Positions 26,422 to 39,100 of a stretch of 64,000 nt of DNA are shown in pieces. Position 1 is the first letter of the stretch, and every line of letters starts with the position of its first letter. Where the stretch lies: positions 1-64,000 of the forward strand of contig JAAILG010000396.1 in NCBI GenBank assembly GCA_012026655.1, given 5' to 3'. A program made the translations under genes and the position numbers. The notes under the pieces are model-generated. The model was not told the origin of the DNA. It searched no databases and saw only the letters and a program-made list of their open reading frames with translations. The DNA is from Hydrolagus affinis (taxonomy: Eukaryota).

Positions 26422-26805
26422 CCTGTAGCTCAGCGGTTCAGAGCACTCGCCTGTCAAGTGGGAGATCTCGGTTCCATTCCCAGCAGGCCAAAATATTGGG
26501 CAAGTTTCCTTGCTCCACACTCCTCCGTTTACCTAGCAGTCAGTAGGAACCTGGTTGTTAGTCGATTGGCAGATTGCTTTTCCGGGGGTAATAATTCCTT
26601 TAAAAAATTATAAGAATAATAAATTGGTCACTTTAATCCATGACTGTCGGTGGGACACTGCTGTGCACAATTGGCAGCTGCGTTTTGCTAACAAAAATAT
26701 ACAGTGAATTCACTTTACAGCATATTTTGTGAAATGCTTTGAGATGTCTCGAGGATGTGATAATGCGCTCAATAAAATGCAAACAATATTATTATTAATA
26801 TTATT
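26422..26805 (+). mobile_element. Full-length SINE family A, long variant
   Basis: cctgtagctcagcgg...ttgggcaagtttccttgctccacac + extra ccgtttacctagcagtcagtaggaacctggttgttagtcga segment + shared tail. Confidence 0.88.
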
Positions 26806-26831
26806 GCTTAGAAGAATAATATTAATAGTAG

Positions 26832-27055
26832 TGCTTTCAGCTAGGCCTCGAAACTCTGGAGCTCTCTCCCTCAACCCTTTCAACTCGCTCCCTCCTTTCG
26901 CATCTTCAGGTCGCGCCTGAAGATCTTTGTCTTTGACCTTGTTTAAAGTCACCTTTTTCCCCTGACCCCATAGCTCGGCCTCAGCCATTGTGAAGCTTCC
27001 TGAGAGCCGCCTGGCGAGGCAAGCGCTATATAAATGCAAGTCGTCGTCGTCGTTG
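26832..27055 (+). mobile_element. L2 3' fragment
   Basis: aactctggagctctctccctc..ttcaggtcgcgcctgaagatctttgtctttgac..gcgctatataaatgcaagtcgtcgtcgtcgttg. Confidence 0.8.
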
Positions 27056-27783
27056 TAGAAGGAACTTCCTAGGTGTGGAACTGCAGGTGGGGACTTGTTG
27101 CCCTACTCCCTGGAGTGGCAAGGCATTATGCCACAATGTAGTTTCACTCATCTTATCTTTCAGTAGATCTTTTACTTGCAATCCACTCGTTATCATATAT
27201 TATATTTATCGGTCCATAAAGGGTCTTGAAATGTTACTACAAGTACTTCCCCTTCCATTTTATGATTTCCCTCTTATATGTTTCAAAGGACTGCGCCCTG
27301 CTGAGTCCAAACCCTGAATTTCTTTGCCATTATCTGTCATTTTCTTTGCTGGGTAAGAATGTCTGTGATCAGACTAAATGACATTAGCTGGGGCTGTTGA
27401 AAAGCCTCTTTATTAACCTGCTGGCCACTTTTTGTACTTCTAATCTTGAAAATGTGGGCACTAAGTATAAAACATTGTTGGATTACCATGCACTGTGTTT
27501 ACAAGTGGCTAAAGTACATATCAAGCTGCAATTTGGAATATCCATTCAATCTGAATTATAGCTTTTCAGTATATTAATACATCGTCTATTGGTGTTAGCA
27601 AGAAATACTGTATGCGTAGATAATTGTTAACACATAGCACAGCAACTTATCAAATAGATCAGAGAGAATGTAATTGCACTGATTTAATGTTCTTATCACT
27701 GTTATTGTGCATGTTGCGGTGTAATGTTTTACACTGAAGGAATTCAATCATTTCATTCCAGCAAAAACTCGCAGCTAAAGGCC

Positions 27784-27832
27784 TGTGTGTGTGTGTGTGT
27801 GTGTGTGCGTGCATGCTTGCGTGCGTGCGTGC
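27784..27832. repeat. (TG)n/(TGCG)n microsatellite
   Basis: Seen directly. Confidence 0.9.
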
Positions 27833-28647
27833 GGAATGGATCCAGATGGGAAAAAACATGTACTTCTTCATGACGGTCTCCTGGAGGACAATCTGTACAC
27901 TGTTTCAGTTGGAAGATGCCCAGAAAGATAATAAGAGTTTGCAAATCTGTGACACAGATCAATAATTTTCTGTAGCTGCTGATCCACTTTATCGATCGCT
28001 ATCTATCTCGGTGTCATGATTAGAAAGTCTGCATACGACCACCACCACCCCTTCCTTCCTCAGATCAATGCCACAGAACAGTCAAAGGGCTCAGGGACCA
28101 TAACTATCCCCATTATCTGGGCAGCTGCTTTCACACTGTCGGCAGGGTGTAAATCATTCGGATCATTTAAAAGAGGCACAGAGAGGAAACAAAAACATAA
28201 ATGGTTACCAGTACAGAAAAATAATAAAGTGATTAAGAAACCACAAATGATTAACGGGAATCCAGGGAGGCCGCAGCTTTGCTTCCTTTGGGAGTTGGTT
28301 CTTCCAATACTTCGCAATGTCTGGGTCAGCAGGTAAATTTCTCTTCTTGTTCCTGAATCAGCTTGCTCATTAAAGACTCTGGGCTGAATGAAGCGGTTGC
28401 TGAAAGGTGTATTGCAAAATTGAAGCAAATACCAGGCTAGCTAGAGATATAGATTCCCCAAAATAGCTCTATCCTTTGAGCGGGCTGAGTAATCACTTTT
28501 ACCGGTACCTCTTATAGTATTTGCCGCATTGGAAGCTGGGGAGCAAGTCATTCTGTAGATGTGCAGGATGATGAGGGTGGGCAGGAGAATGGAGAGACGG
28601 CAAAAGTGACTGAGAGCAAAGGGCATCAGAGTGATCAGAGTGGGTTT

Positions 28648-28717
28648 CAGCGCCTTGGGACGTCCTCCCGACGTGAAAGGCGCTCTATAAATGTAATTTG
28701 TTGTTGTTGTTGTTGTC
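28648..28717 (+). mobile_element. Minimal L2 3' end, near consensus
   Basis: agcgcctt-ggg-acgtc-ctccc-gacgt-ga-aaggcgct stem-loop, then ctataaatgtaatt(tgt)n. Confidence 0.85.
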
Positions 28718-29254
28718 AGTAGGGTGAGGGCAAGAATGACAAGAGGCGTAACAAACATTGTAGGAAAATCGGCCAAAGGGTGAGGGTGCGTTGGGGAGAG
28801 AGCGGTGGGGAGAGAAGAGGGCAGCAATGGCTGCGCCCTCAGCTACTGGCTCTGGCACCACTTACAACATAAATGGGGCCAGAGCCAAAAGGAGAGTTTG
28901 TGAAAATGCCACAAACTCCCAGGAGAGGCATGACTGCTGAACAGTCACTTCCAAGCCAGTGTCGAATGAACATCTAGAACCTGTAAGAGGCTGACATTTT
29001 CATTGAAAAAAATTTATCGTATTAGATGGTGAATTGAACTGGTCACCAGGTTATATGTGCTGCGCTATCGATTGCACTGCTAACAAACTTGGTGCTAGCA
29101 GGACCGTCTATTTAACAGCCCTCTGATAGCCCCAGGGTGTTATTCAACAGAGTTAAAGCAACCTTCCCCTTTCCCTCTCAGAGTCCTAACATATGGTTGC
29201 AGTGTCAGTTTTTTTTTACTGAACGCTGACAAAACTAATCATATCTTGTGAAGT

Positions 29255-29345
29255 GTTCTGGGGAAGGGTCACACCCGAAACACTAGCCTGCCTTTTCGCT
29301 TCCAGCTGCCGAATGACCTATTGCGCATTTTCATCATTTAAGATT
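29255..29345 (+). mobile_element. Penelope-like pseudo-LTR fragment
   Basis: gaagggtcacacccgaaacactagcctgcctttt..gctgccgaatgacc resembles 1131-1205; a more decayed copy lies at ~17250-17335. Confidence 0.5.
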
Positions 29346-29706
29346 TTTTTCGGGGGTGGAATTTAAAAAAAAGTCTGTTATCACTTCCTGTTCCTGGTTA
29401 GCAGGCTCAAATCCCTGGTACCGTTGCAATTCGAACCTTCAAAGCAGCCCGAAGAGACTCGCCCTTTGAACAGAAAGGTTTCTGTCTTTGTACATGTTAC
29501 GTCTAGAGATTGGCAGCGCAGTATTTTGCTAATGAGGTCCGCAATCCAATGCCTTGGTAGCGTCCTTGCATTCACTTCTCATTTTGTCACCCTGCCCTTC
29601 ACTCTCACATTGATTCTCATTAGATTTGCTAGTCTTATGGTTTTTTTTCCTTATTTCTTTCTGAGTGACAGTTATAGCCACTAGGGGAAAAAAAATGTCA
29701 TCTTGT

Positions 29707-29729
29707 TGAGAGAGAGAGAGAGAGAGAGA
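29707..29729. repeat. (GA)n microsatellite
   Basis: Seen directly. Confidence 0.9.
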
Positions 29730-30844
29730 AAATCTTCAATTCAAATCTTGAGATTGATGGAACCACTTTGGAAGATATACGTGTGTCTTGGGCGTCTTGA
29801 AGAATTACACTGTTGCACCTGAAGCCAGGCAATGTACAGCCAGCAATACAGAGGCCAAATCCACTAGCAGGATAGATGAAGTACCTCAGGTGACAGCAGA
29901 TACTCTTTATTGAATTCTCGGCGACTGTACTGGAAATCATGGTTCAAAGAGGCACATTCAGCTGAAACGGTGAAGGCATTAGGAGTTATGATGCCAGTGT
30001 TGAATGGCCTGAACTCTCGTCAATTAGCAATACTGTATTAATAAGGGTTGGAAAACGCAGCGGTTTCTAATAGGATTCTTTTATAAGGATTAACCGTATT
30101 TCAGAACAAGGCTAGTATGATTTTTAAAAATGGTGATTCTCCCAGCCAAACCACTCTTTATATAAAAATTGCAATAGCTAACTTTGCTACGAGGTACTGT
30201 ACATCGCAGAATTGGAGATGAAAGCTTTTTGCGCTGCTATTAATAGTGCAATATTTTTAAGTAGGCTGTAAAAGTCCAAGGAAAACCAAAGTGGTTTTAC
30301 CCTAAAAATGGGATAGTACAATCCCATGTACTAAAAGAGCCTCTATGTTTTCAACATTGAATGGACCTACAGATGCACATTTAAATTAAGACTTTAGTTA
30401 AAATAAAATCCAAATAAGGCAAAGAACAGATGCAAAACACTGTATTTTCATTCCAACAGTCAGGCCCCATCTATTAGGCACATTGTGCTTTTTTTTCCTG
30501 CCCTTAGGATAAAACGTTAAACTGAGCTTCTGTTTTGCTGAAATGATAAGGCACTATATCAAATTCAATGTTTTTTAACAAATGTTTGCTTATGTATTTG
30601 ACAATTAATAGTAACTAGCCTAAATTTAAGTACTGTACTATGTAAATCACTCTATCCTAGTTGTATATGAAAGTTTCTGAGTTTATGGCGATGTCATTGG
30701 CTACAAGGATCAAACACCCTCGTCTGCCGATGATCTCTCTTAGCAAGTAGTGAACGTTGGTTTATGAAATATTGATCGTGGTAGTTTTAGAATTATGCTG
30801 ACATTCATTTTGCTGATCTAAGTTTTCTTCCAACTTGAATACCT

Positions 30845-31160
30845 GTCTCAGTTATTAACACTAACACCTCTTGGCCAGAGGACTGTGGGTTCAAGTCTCT
30901 CGTTGGGACATGAGCTATTATGTTGGCTGATATTGGAGAATAGCACTGTGGGAGGGCAGCATTGACGGGGGTGCAATCCCTCAGATGAAACATTAAAACA
31001 CTATTCTGAAAGAGAAGGTTGTTTCCACTAATCTGGCCAACAATCTTCTTGATTAATAGGATATTTGCCTGTTGGCTGCTAAGGTAAATAGCTCCTTTGT
31101 TTCCCTAAAATAAAAGCCACACCAGTTGACAGCAATTACCCCTGAAGCATTTTGGAGACG
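30845..31160 (+). mobile_element. SacSINE1-like SINE, degraded
   Basis: tctcagtt..cacctctt..tgtgggttcaagtc..cagatgaaacattaaa. Confidence 0.6.
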
Positions 31161-31299
31161 TCGCAAACAGCTTCAGAAAATGAGTCATCTGAAGGTGCCG
31201 TAATTCTTGTACCGTGGACAAACCTGTAGCCAATCAGCAGCAGGAACATCTCACAAACAATAGTGAAATGGATGGCCAATTAGAATAGAAAAAATAGTT

Positions 31300-32038
31300 C
31301 AGTAGAAGCCCGTTTATCCATCACCCGCGGGACCTGGCCAATGCCAGTTAAAGCACCTGCCGGATACTCGGACGGCCCGCGGCCGAAAACACACTACAAA
31401 AAAATCAAAGTTCTTTTAACACACATCATATACACCAGACTAAGAAATGGCAGATAGTGACAGAATGTTGTGTTGGTGCTTGTTGTTGGGGCTGCTCTCT
31501 TGCGCTTCTCACCTTTGCTGGTTGGGGTTTGCAATCCAGTGATTCTTTTTTGAATGGAGGGCGCCAGGCGGGTGGAAAAGGCGGCAGCACGATTTTAAAG
31601 TAGAACAACTTTACTAGCTGCAAGCCGAAGCCCCTAGACTCTACTAGTGGCAAACCGAAATACTGCACCTGTGCAACAATGTACGTTATCGGCTAGCGTT
31701 ATCGGCTTGCCGCTAGTATGACTTTAAAGTCGCGCTCCGTTTTTTTCGCCCGCTTGGCATGCTCCATTTTGGGGGAGTCGCTGGACTGTAAACCTCAACC
31801 GCAGCATCATGGCTTCAAGCGCAGCATCTACTAGCGGGGGTAGGGGGCGTGGGAGAGTGGTTTTGATGGTGAGTGACAATGCAGTATTCTGTTATTATGT
31901 TATTATTTATACATTTACAAATCCTCCACTGCTATTGTTCTGGATAAGTCCCGGTTTATTGAATAGGACTTTTTTTTTGGAGTGCCGGTTATATGGAAGT
32001 GCCGGTGCATCGAGTCATGGATAAACGGGCTTCTACTG
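31300..32038. mobile_element. ~740-bp Tigger/pogo element, copy 2 (opposite orientation to copy 1; A-to-G hypermutated arms)
   Basis: TIR CAGTAGAAGCCCGTTTATCCAT at both ends, TA on right flank; colinear with the reverse complement of 20341-21077. Confidence 0.93.
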
Positions 32039-33545
32039 TACAGTGTTTACATCACACATCATGAAAATGAGTTGCTATGAATAATAGCTGCGACCCCAAA
32101 CTAAACACTGGAACAATTACATTACCATTCTGACAATGTTAACTGTCTGCACCCAACTAGATTTTTCTAGTGGTAAATATTAGTTAAGAATTCCTCCCCG
32201 ATCATTGTCCAATAATTTACACTAATTTTCTTTGTAGAATAATTGGTCTATGAACTCTCACAAGCACAGCAGGGATCTACTTAATTATTAAAGCACAGAC
32301 TTCTGGAAGAGATACACAATAGTTATTGAATAACGATTCATATTTAATTTTCTATTTTAATTAGGTTTACATTGCAATCATTTCAAGCTGTTAATTTTTT
32401 TTCATTTTGTGCTGGAAATTGGAGAGAACAGGTCATTTCTGCTCCACGTTAGGTTATTTTGTTGCAGAATTATGGTTATTTATTTTGTGTTATTCAATTT
32501 GGTCACATTTGTTGAGAGAGGGTGAAATGACCTCAGTTTCATTCTGCAATTCTCTCATCTTCTGAAATGTCAGACTGATGCAGATGTACTTTTCCATAGC
32601 TACCAGGAATCACACCCATATCTCACCCAAACAACCATTGTCAGGGATACTAATAATATTACTGCTAATAATACTAATAATATTATGGCGTATTTTGGCA
32701 AGTGTTTTGATTGTTGGGAATCCCAGTGGGAATTAAAACTGTTCTCATCCTAACTCACACTTGTTAATTGTTCCAGTGGGGGTCACCAATAGTATCCCAA
32801 GATAGGAAGTCTGACCAATTTCCCCCTCACATATACAGTCCTCCCTACAATCAAACACACCAGCCTTCACTGCCCTGAGTGAGTTAAACTAAGCCAGAAG
32901 AAACCCAGGTTCAAGCCTGGGGCTGTCCTAGACATATTGTTCAAACTGTAATATGCATTGTGTGCAAGCACAGAAGCTAAGGAACCCAATCTCGGTGTAT
33001 TTAAACAACACTGCTACTCTTCTCACTTTGGCTCAAAGATGCATATGGAATAGGTGGCAAACAGCTGATTAAGACACAAGAGCATGACTTTACATACAAG
33101 TGATTTTATGAGATTGAAGGCCTCTGGTATAAAATACAATATACAAATTCCAGTGAGATATAGCCAGTAAATAGCTTGGCTTTAGGTCCCTCTGCACACA
33201 CATGGTACCATTTTTGAAATGGAAATTGAATCCTTGGAATGTGTAACTCTAGTGAGAAAAGGCACCTGCTTGCCAAGCTTAAATCAGGCTATTTTAATAA
33301 ACTAACTTGAAACTATTTACCTTTGCAATTGTTCTATATTTTTACAGGCCTTCTGGATGTTCTACTCTGCTATAAAGCACAGAGAACCTGAATTAATGCA
33401 TTGAGAGAGAAATTAGGAAAATTGTAGTTGCAATCCCCATCAATGCAGAATCTATTCGGATATTTAAAATGGAGATGGATATTTAGGGAGCCAGGCTATT
33501 ATAGGATATCAAAAGCCCCAACAAATGAAATTGAAACACCTGACA

Positions 33546-34140
33546 TAACAATAACAACAACTTCTATTTATATAATGTCCTCCATCACAGAATGCTTAAC
33601 GATAGCGGAGCCAGAGGCTGAGCCAGGTGGAGGGGGAAGGTGACCATAGGTGCGGTCGAAAAGGAGGGTCTTCAGGCACGACCTGAAAATAGGGAAGAAG
33701 GGGATGGGGTGAAGTGGACGAGGGAGGGAGCATAGTTGCTGAAAGCACGGACATGGAAGGTGGAGCGGAGGATTCGTGGGACAATAAGGAGACCGGATCC
33801 AGTAGAGCAGAGGTAGTGGGTACTGCTGTGAGGAGAAAGAAAATTACAGAGGTAGGGATGGTGCTGAGGAATGGAGGGATTTAAACTCTAGAGGGAGGAT
33901 CTTAAACTCAATCCACTCTGTAGGTGTTGGACAAGGACTGGGATAATCAGGATACGAAGTTTGATGCGGGTAAGAATACGGGTGACAAAGTTTTGAATGA
34001 GCTGAATCTTGTCAAAGGTGGAGGTGGGGTGACCGTCGAGGAGGAAATTAGAATAGTCTAGCTGAGAGGTGAAAAAGGCATGGACAAGGGTTTCGGCAGC
34101 TTTTTAGGTGAGGTATTGATGGAGATGGGCAATGTGGCAG
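33546..34140 (-). mobile_element. L2 LINE 3' fragment (~600 bp, decayed)
   Basis: (CAA)n tail at ~33546; aaaaggagggtcttcagg, gagggaggatcttaaactcaatcc, gagtttt/gaatgagctgaatc, gaatagtctagctgagaggtgaaaaaggcatggacaagggtttcggc correspond to L2 ORF2 motifs (AETLVHAFFTSQLDYSN). Confidence 0.88.
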
Positions 34141-34307
34141 TATAATAGAGATTGACAAGTTGAATGTCCTATATTCCATTCTATAAGTTTCTATGTTCTT
34201 ATTCCATGATATGCAGAGATCAACTTTATCACAACAACAACTTGCATTTATATAGCATTCTTCACCCAGCAGTGCGTGGAACAATGGAATTCCCAGTGTT
34301 CTTTAAA

Positions 34308-34333
34308 TACACACACACACACACACACACACA
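34308..34333. repeat. (CA)n microsatellite
   Basis: Seen directly. Confidence 0.9.
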
Positions 34334-35934
34334 GTTAGTATGAAATCATGACCTGGCCTGGAATAAGTTATAAGGGCCCAAGAGCGCATTTGAGTAAATT
34401 ACTCTTGTGTTTTAAAACTATCTGAAAAATTACATTAATCTGGTCCAGAAAAATGAAGCATGGTATACATTTTCATAGTGCAAAGTGTGCTCCTGTGGAA
34501 ACTTTCAATTGTTCAATAAACCACATCGCTGCAGATTTAATATTACATTTAAAACTGGCAATGCACATCAGATAAAGAATAATTTTTAATCATATTCATT
34601 TGTGCAGAACATTCATTCACTGTGACTAGCTTCCTCCTAGTATTCTAATTAGCCTCAGCAGTAAGTGTTCACATGAATTCTAATTATACCATCTATTGGC
34701 AGAATAAGTATCTTCTCTTATCCTAATTATCTGTTTTCCAATTTAAATTTTGGCTTTGACTTTGCAGCCAGCTATGTAAATATATACGTGTACGTCATTT
34801 AAGAAGTACTGGTATCTGGTTTGAGGTTAGCCTAGTCCATTTGAATGTACTACTGATGTTTAGAGCAGCTTTGGTCAGTGAGATGTCCAGAGAGCTATCA
34901 CATAAATAAGTGCATTAACAGGATTTTCTGCACTTACCACCACCACCAACAACAACAACAAAGTGTTCATTAGGGTTTGATCTGGTACAGCCTTCTAATG
35001 ATAGGAACACAGTGCTCTGTATAAAAAAGCCAAAATAACATGATGCGACTAAAGAAGACTAAAGAAGTCACCATTCCCCTTCTGAGGGCGGCATTTCTAA
35101 TGTTTCAGTCTTAATTCTGTCTGCCCATCAACTTGCATCTCCCATCTCTACTTCATAGACTACAATGTTATTGGATTGGGCATGTGGTTCACGGGGGGCA
35201 GGGCTAACGTAAAAAAGTTCACATGACAGAAAGGAATTGAACTTCAGAAACTTCTTCAAACGACTGAATATGGATATGGTCTGTGCCATTACTGTCAATG
35301 ACACCTTTGATATTATGGCTTTACTTTTTTACATTGCATCTTTATTGTGAATTTGTTGTTCATGAGTAATAGGCTAGATAAAGGCGTACTCATAGCAACC
35401 GCCTGCACAGAACTGGCACAAAACTGCTGGCACGTCAGCATTGCTCTGATGCTCTTTGATGTGCATCATAAAAGCACTCCCCCTTCCCCCAAAACAGTGT
35501 AATTTAGCACTGTGGCAGACATCCCAGAACTTGTAACTCAATAACATATCTGTGGGCACTAACATTCTGAAACTGCTTGTATTTTGCAAACAAACTTTAG
35601 CAGGAAAACAAGTAAGCATTGACCTAACATTCAGGATTGTTTTTCCCCCTGAGTAGACAATCATTTCACTTGTTATGGTTCTAGAGCTGATCTTAAAGCT
35701 GTTTAACTCTTTCCCTCTTTCATACACACCCAACCCAATAATATTTTGGAGAAATGAACATTAATCTTGATGTGAAAGGCGCTATGCAAATGTAATTTTG
35801 TTGTTTTGTTGCTACTGATCGAATTAAGTAAATCCAGTTAAAAAAAAACTACTTAAATATGAATTGGATGTTTGAGATAATGAAAGTGGAATTTTGATTA
35901 TAATAACAATCCCTTCAAAATCTTTTTAAAAAAA

Positions 35935-36107
35935 TGTGGTCACTCAATCCACTACTCTTTGTTGTGGGGCGCTACTGTGCGCAATTGATTGCCGCATTTC
36001 ACTTACAAAATATACAGTCAATTCATTACAAGTATACTCTGTGAAGAGCTTTGAGAATTTTCGGTGATACAGCACCATATCAAATGCTAGGATTATTATT
36101 ATTATTA
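35935..36107 (+). mobile_element. SINE family A 3' half
   Basis: tgtggggcgctactgtgcgcaattgattgccgcatttc..atatacagtcaattca..atatcaaatgctaggattattatt. Confidence 0.82.
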
Positions 36108-39100
36108 TGCTGAGTTGGGTATAGGATGCTAACTTGTAAATTCTGAACCATCTGCAATTGAGCCTGTAAATCAACAGGCGGTCGGTCACAGCACATACCA
36201 GGGGGACCAGAAAGGACATTTATCTAAAAACAATAAATCTAAACATATATCCATACAACAGGCAAATGGGCTGATGCAGGGGTGGCGTTTTATATGCTGT
36301 GCCTATTATTTAAATATCGAGCCATCAAACAATGTGGGCGTGAATATATGATCCGCTATCAATGCCAATACTTTTGTACTGTACATTGAGAATAATATAA
36401 TTGTTGCTAATTAAAAAGTAACTTGGAACAAGATGCCTAGTTACTATGAGAAGCATTGAGGAACGGCGGGTGTGTAAATCAAAGACAAGGAAGTGGATGT
36501 GCTTCGAATGTTTCTAGGCGGATTGACCATTTTTCATCTGGATTCAGAATGAAATTACCACCATGGTCCCATTTGCCACACTTGGTTTCAATTAGTGGTC
36601 AGTCCTGTCTGAATTAGGAGGACCGATTTATACAGTCTTTGGTAACCCACAGTCCACTTACCCGCTTTATCTTCCAGTCAGTAACTTCTGCTTATTACGC
36701 TTGCTGGCAATCCTAACATTAAAAAAAGTGCAGTTTTCGCTATACTTTTACAAACATTACAGTAAGAACACAATGGGTACTGTGTTCTGCTTCTGACATC
36801 TTTCAGGCTGGGCAGTCACTTTTCCCAGCAGTTTGTTTTCTTCTCTGTTAAAATGACTAAATGTTTATATCTGCTCCCTTGAGTTGATCCATAGTCTCTA
36901 GATGAGATCAATTTAAGCGAGTTGCCCTATGTCGACTAGCAGATTGATTCTTAGAGGCAGTTAAAGCCAATGTAGATCAGTTTTCCTCCACAGACAGCTA
37001 GACAAACACACACGCCTGCAGGCGCGCGTGCACACACACACGTTCATGCTAGTGCACACATTGTATCTTTAACACATGGTGAAAATCTCCACAGAGAAGT
37101 AATGCTGAATTCTCAGTATGAAGCTAAGCATCCAACCTTAAAAGCACACCTAAGGTTGCCCATTAAAATGTCTTATCCGCACAACATTAATCTTAACCCA
37201 GAAGGAAAAGATCGAAAGCAGATGTGCGCATAGCTTTTTTGCTTTGTAGATTTTTTTGTGTGTTCCCATAACAAAGTGAGGACATTGGGATCTTGCTGTG
37301 TAATGTAAACACATGTGTGCGTCAATCCGCATCCACCTCCCCAGCAGATTTATCAGATTGAACTGCCCTTTCCCTTAAGAGTGTCAGAGTGAAAAAAAAT
37401 CAATCCCTGAACTAATCGTCAACTTAGTTAGAAAACCAAATAATAGAGGAAGGAACACTTTCAGTTCACAGGATGGAGATTTGTTGGGGGGTGGGGGGGG
37501 GGTCGGAGGGAGGATTGAAAACATGAGCCAAATAAAACATAATCCTAAAGTTCCCTTTGCCAGAAAGGAAATAAACTAATTGTAAAATCCGAGTAATTAT
37601 AGATCTTAATTTCCCCCCCTTTTAGTATATTTGCAGCCTGACAGACATCTGCTTTGATTTAGTATCGCTGTTCTCAGAAATATTGGTCCTTTCTGTTACT
37701 CAGGCAAGCTTCCAGCACATGATGACTAATAATTGACATTTCATGAAAAGGGACATAGACTATCTGGTAAATTCATGATCTAGATTGCTACATAATTTGC
37801 TTTATACATAAAATACACCCATTAACAGAGGACCTTTTCAACATGTTCGCTGCAAGGAAATATAAGTACACTGCGGAATTCAAAGAAAGCCAAATAGAGT
37901 AGTAACGTAATAGACAAAGTGCATTAGTGAACAACAATTTCACCCAATAATCTAACCACTAGCTGTGGAATCAATCATTTCACTTCAATCTGGTGTCACA
38001 ACTTTTTATTTCCCTCCTCTCTCATTTTAATGCAACTTCCTTTGTTTTTTCATGGAACATCGGAAAAATACCAAAATACGGTTGTTGCCTGAAATGTATT
38101 TCAAGCCGCACTGCCATTTAAATCATGGATGTAACCTTCCTAAAACAAGCGTGTCATGAAACACTTTATTTTTCCCTGCTAAATATAACAATCTGAACTG
38201 CCAATTATACCATGGCCCCCTTAGAGACTGCATTTGCTTTGAATCAGGAGGATCAAACTGAATCAGATCTCACAGGGTTTAAATTTACAGCTGCCCACGT
38301 TCATTGACATGTTTGTAAAACACCAAGCACAAGATGGATGGCATGTTCATGAATGCAATGTGGAAATGGCACTGTTCATTAGTGTGCAAGGATCAGAGTA
38401 TTTTTTTTCCCCACACTTCTTGAATGTAGGTAAAAATCAACATTTTTTTTGTTGACTACGATGTGTACTGCAACAAGAATGGAGCTACCATTGAGACCGG
38501 GGTAGTAATTTGTAACCATTTTTTGTAATTGAGATTATCCGACCTTTGCTCAATGCAAAGCGTTTTATAGTATTACAGAATATGGTAATCAAGAATGAGT
38601 CAATGAAGGCGCTGCTTGTTTGCTATTTGGCCCATTTAAATCGTGTGTAATCTTCAGGGACATTACTATTACTATTATACTGTAGCTTGTTTGAATTTTT
38701 TTTTTAAAATGATTGTCGCCATAAATTGGTTGAAGTCATGGACCCACATGAAAACAGGGGCTGTAGCCACAAGTTAGCACTGCAGTCAGGGGTGATGGGA
38801 GAAGAGAACAGTTTTAAACAGAGTACTGTATTGCATTACTGTGGCTCTTGTACCTTTGAGTCCAGCTGTGCAGGCACTCTGAAGAGACAGCAGTGTGGTG
38901 ACACATGCTATTATACTGGTGTTTCCCTATTGCCTGGAGATAAGTGAAAAGGATCAAACATGGACATGGAGTGATAGAGGGACTGAGTTGTTCCAGTATG
39001 AATTAGACAACCAGAAGGATGAGTTTCAGCACTGGCAAAATCCCAGTGTGAGAGATTGCTACTACAACTAGCCCAGAACACATTCTGTTACGTAAGTGGG

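Noticed and set aside
31809-32024. RGG-like peptide MASSAASTSGGRGRGRVVLMVS as a real protein
   Set aside because: By-product of A>G conversion of the KGEKRKRVVLTIS codons in the MITE
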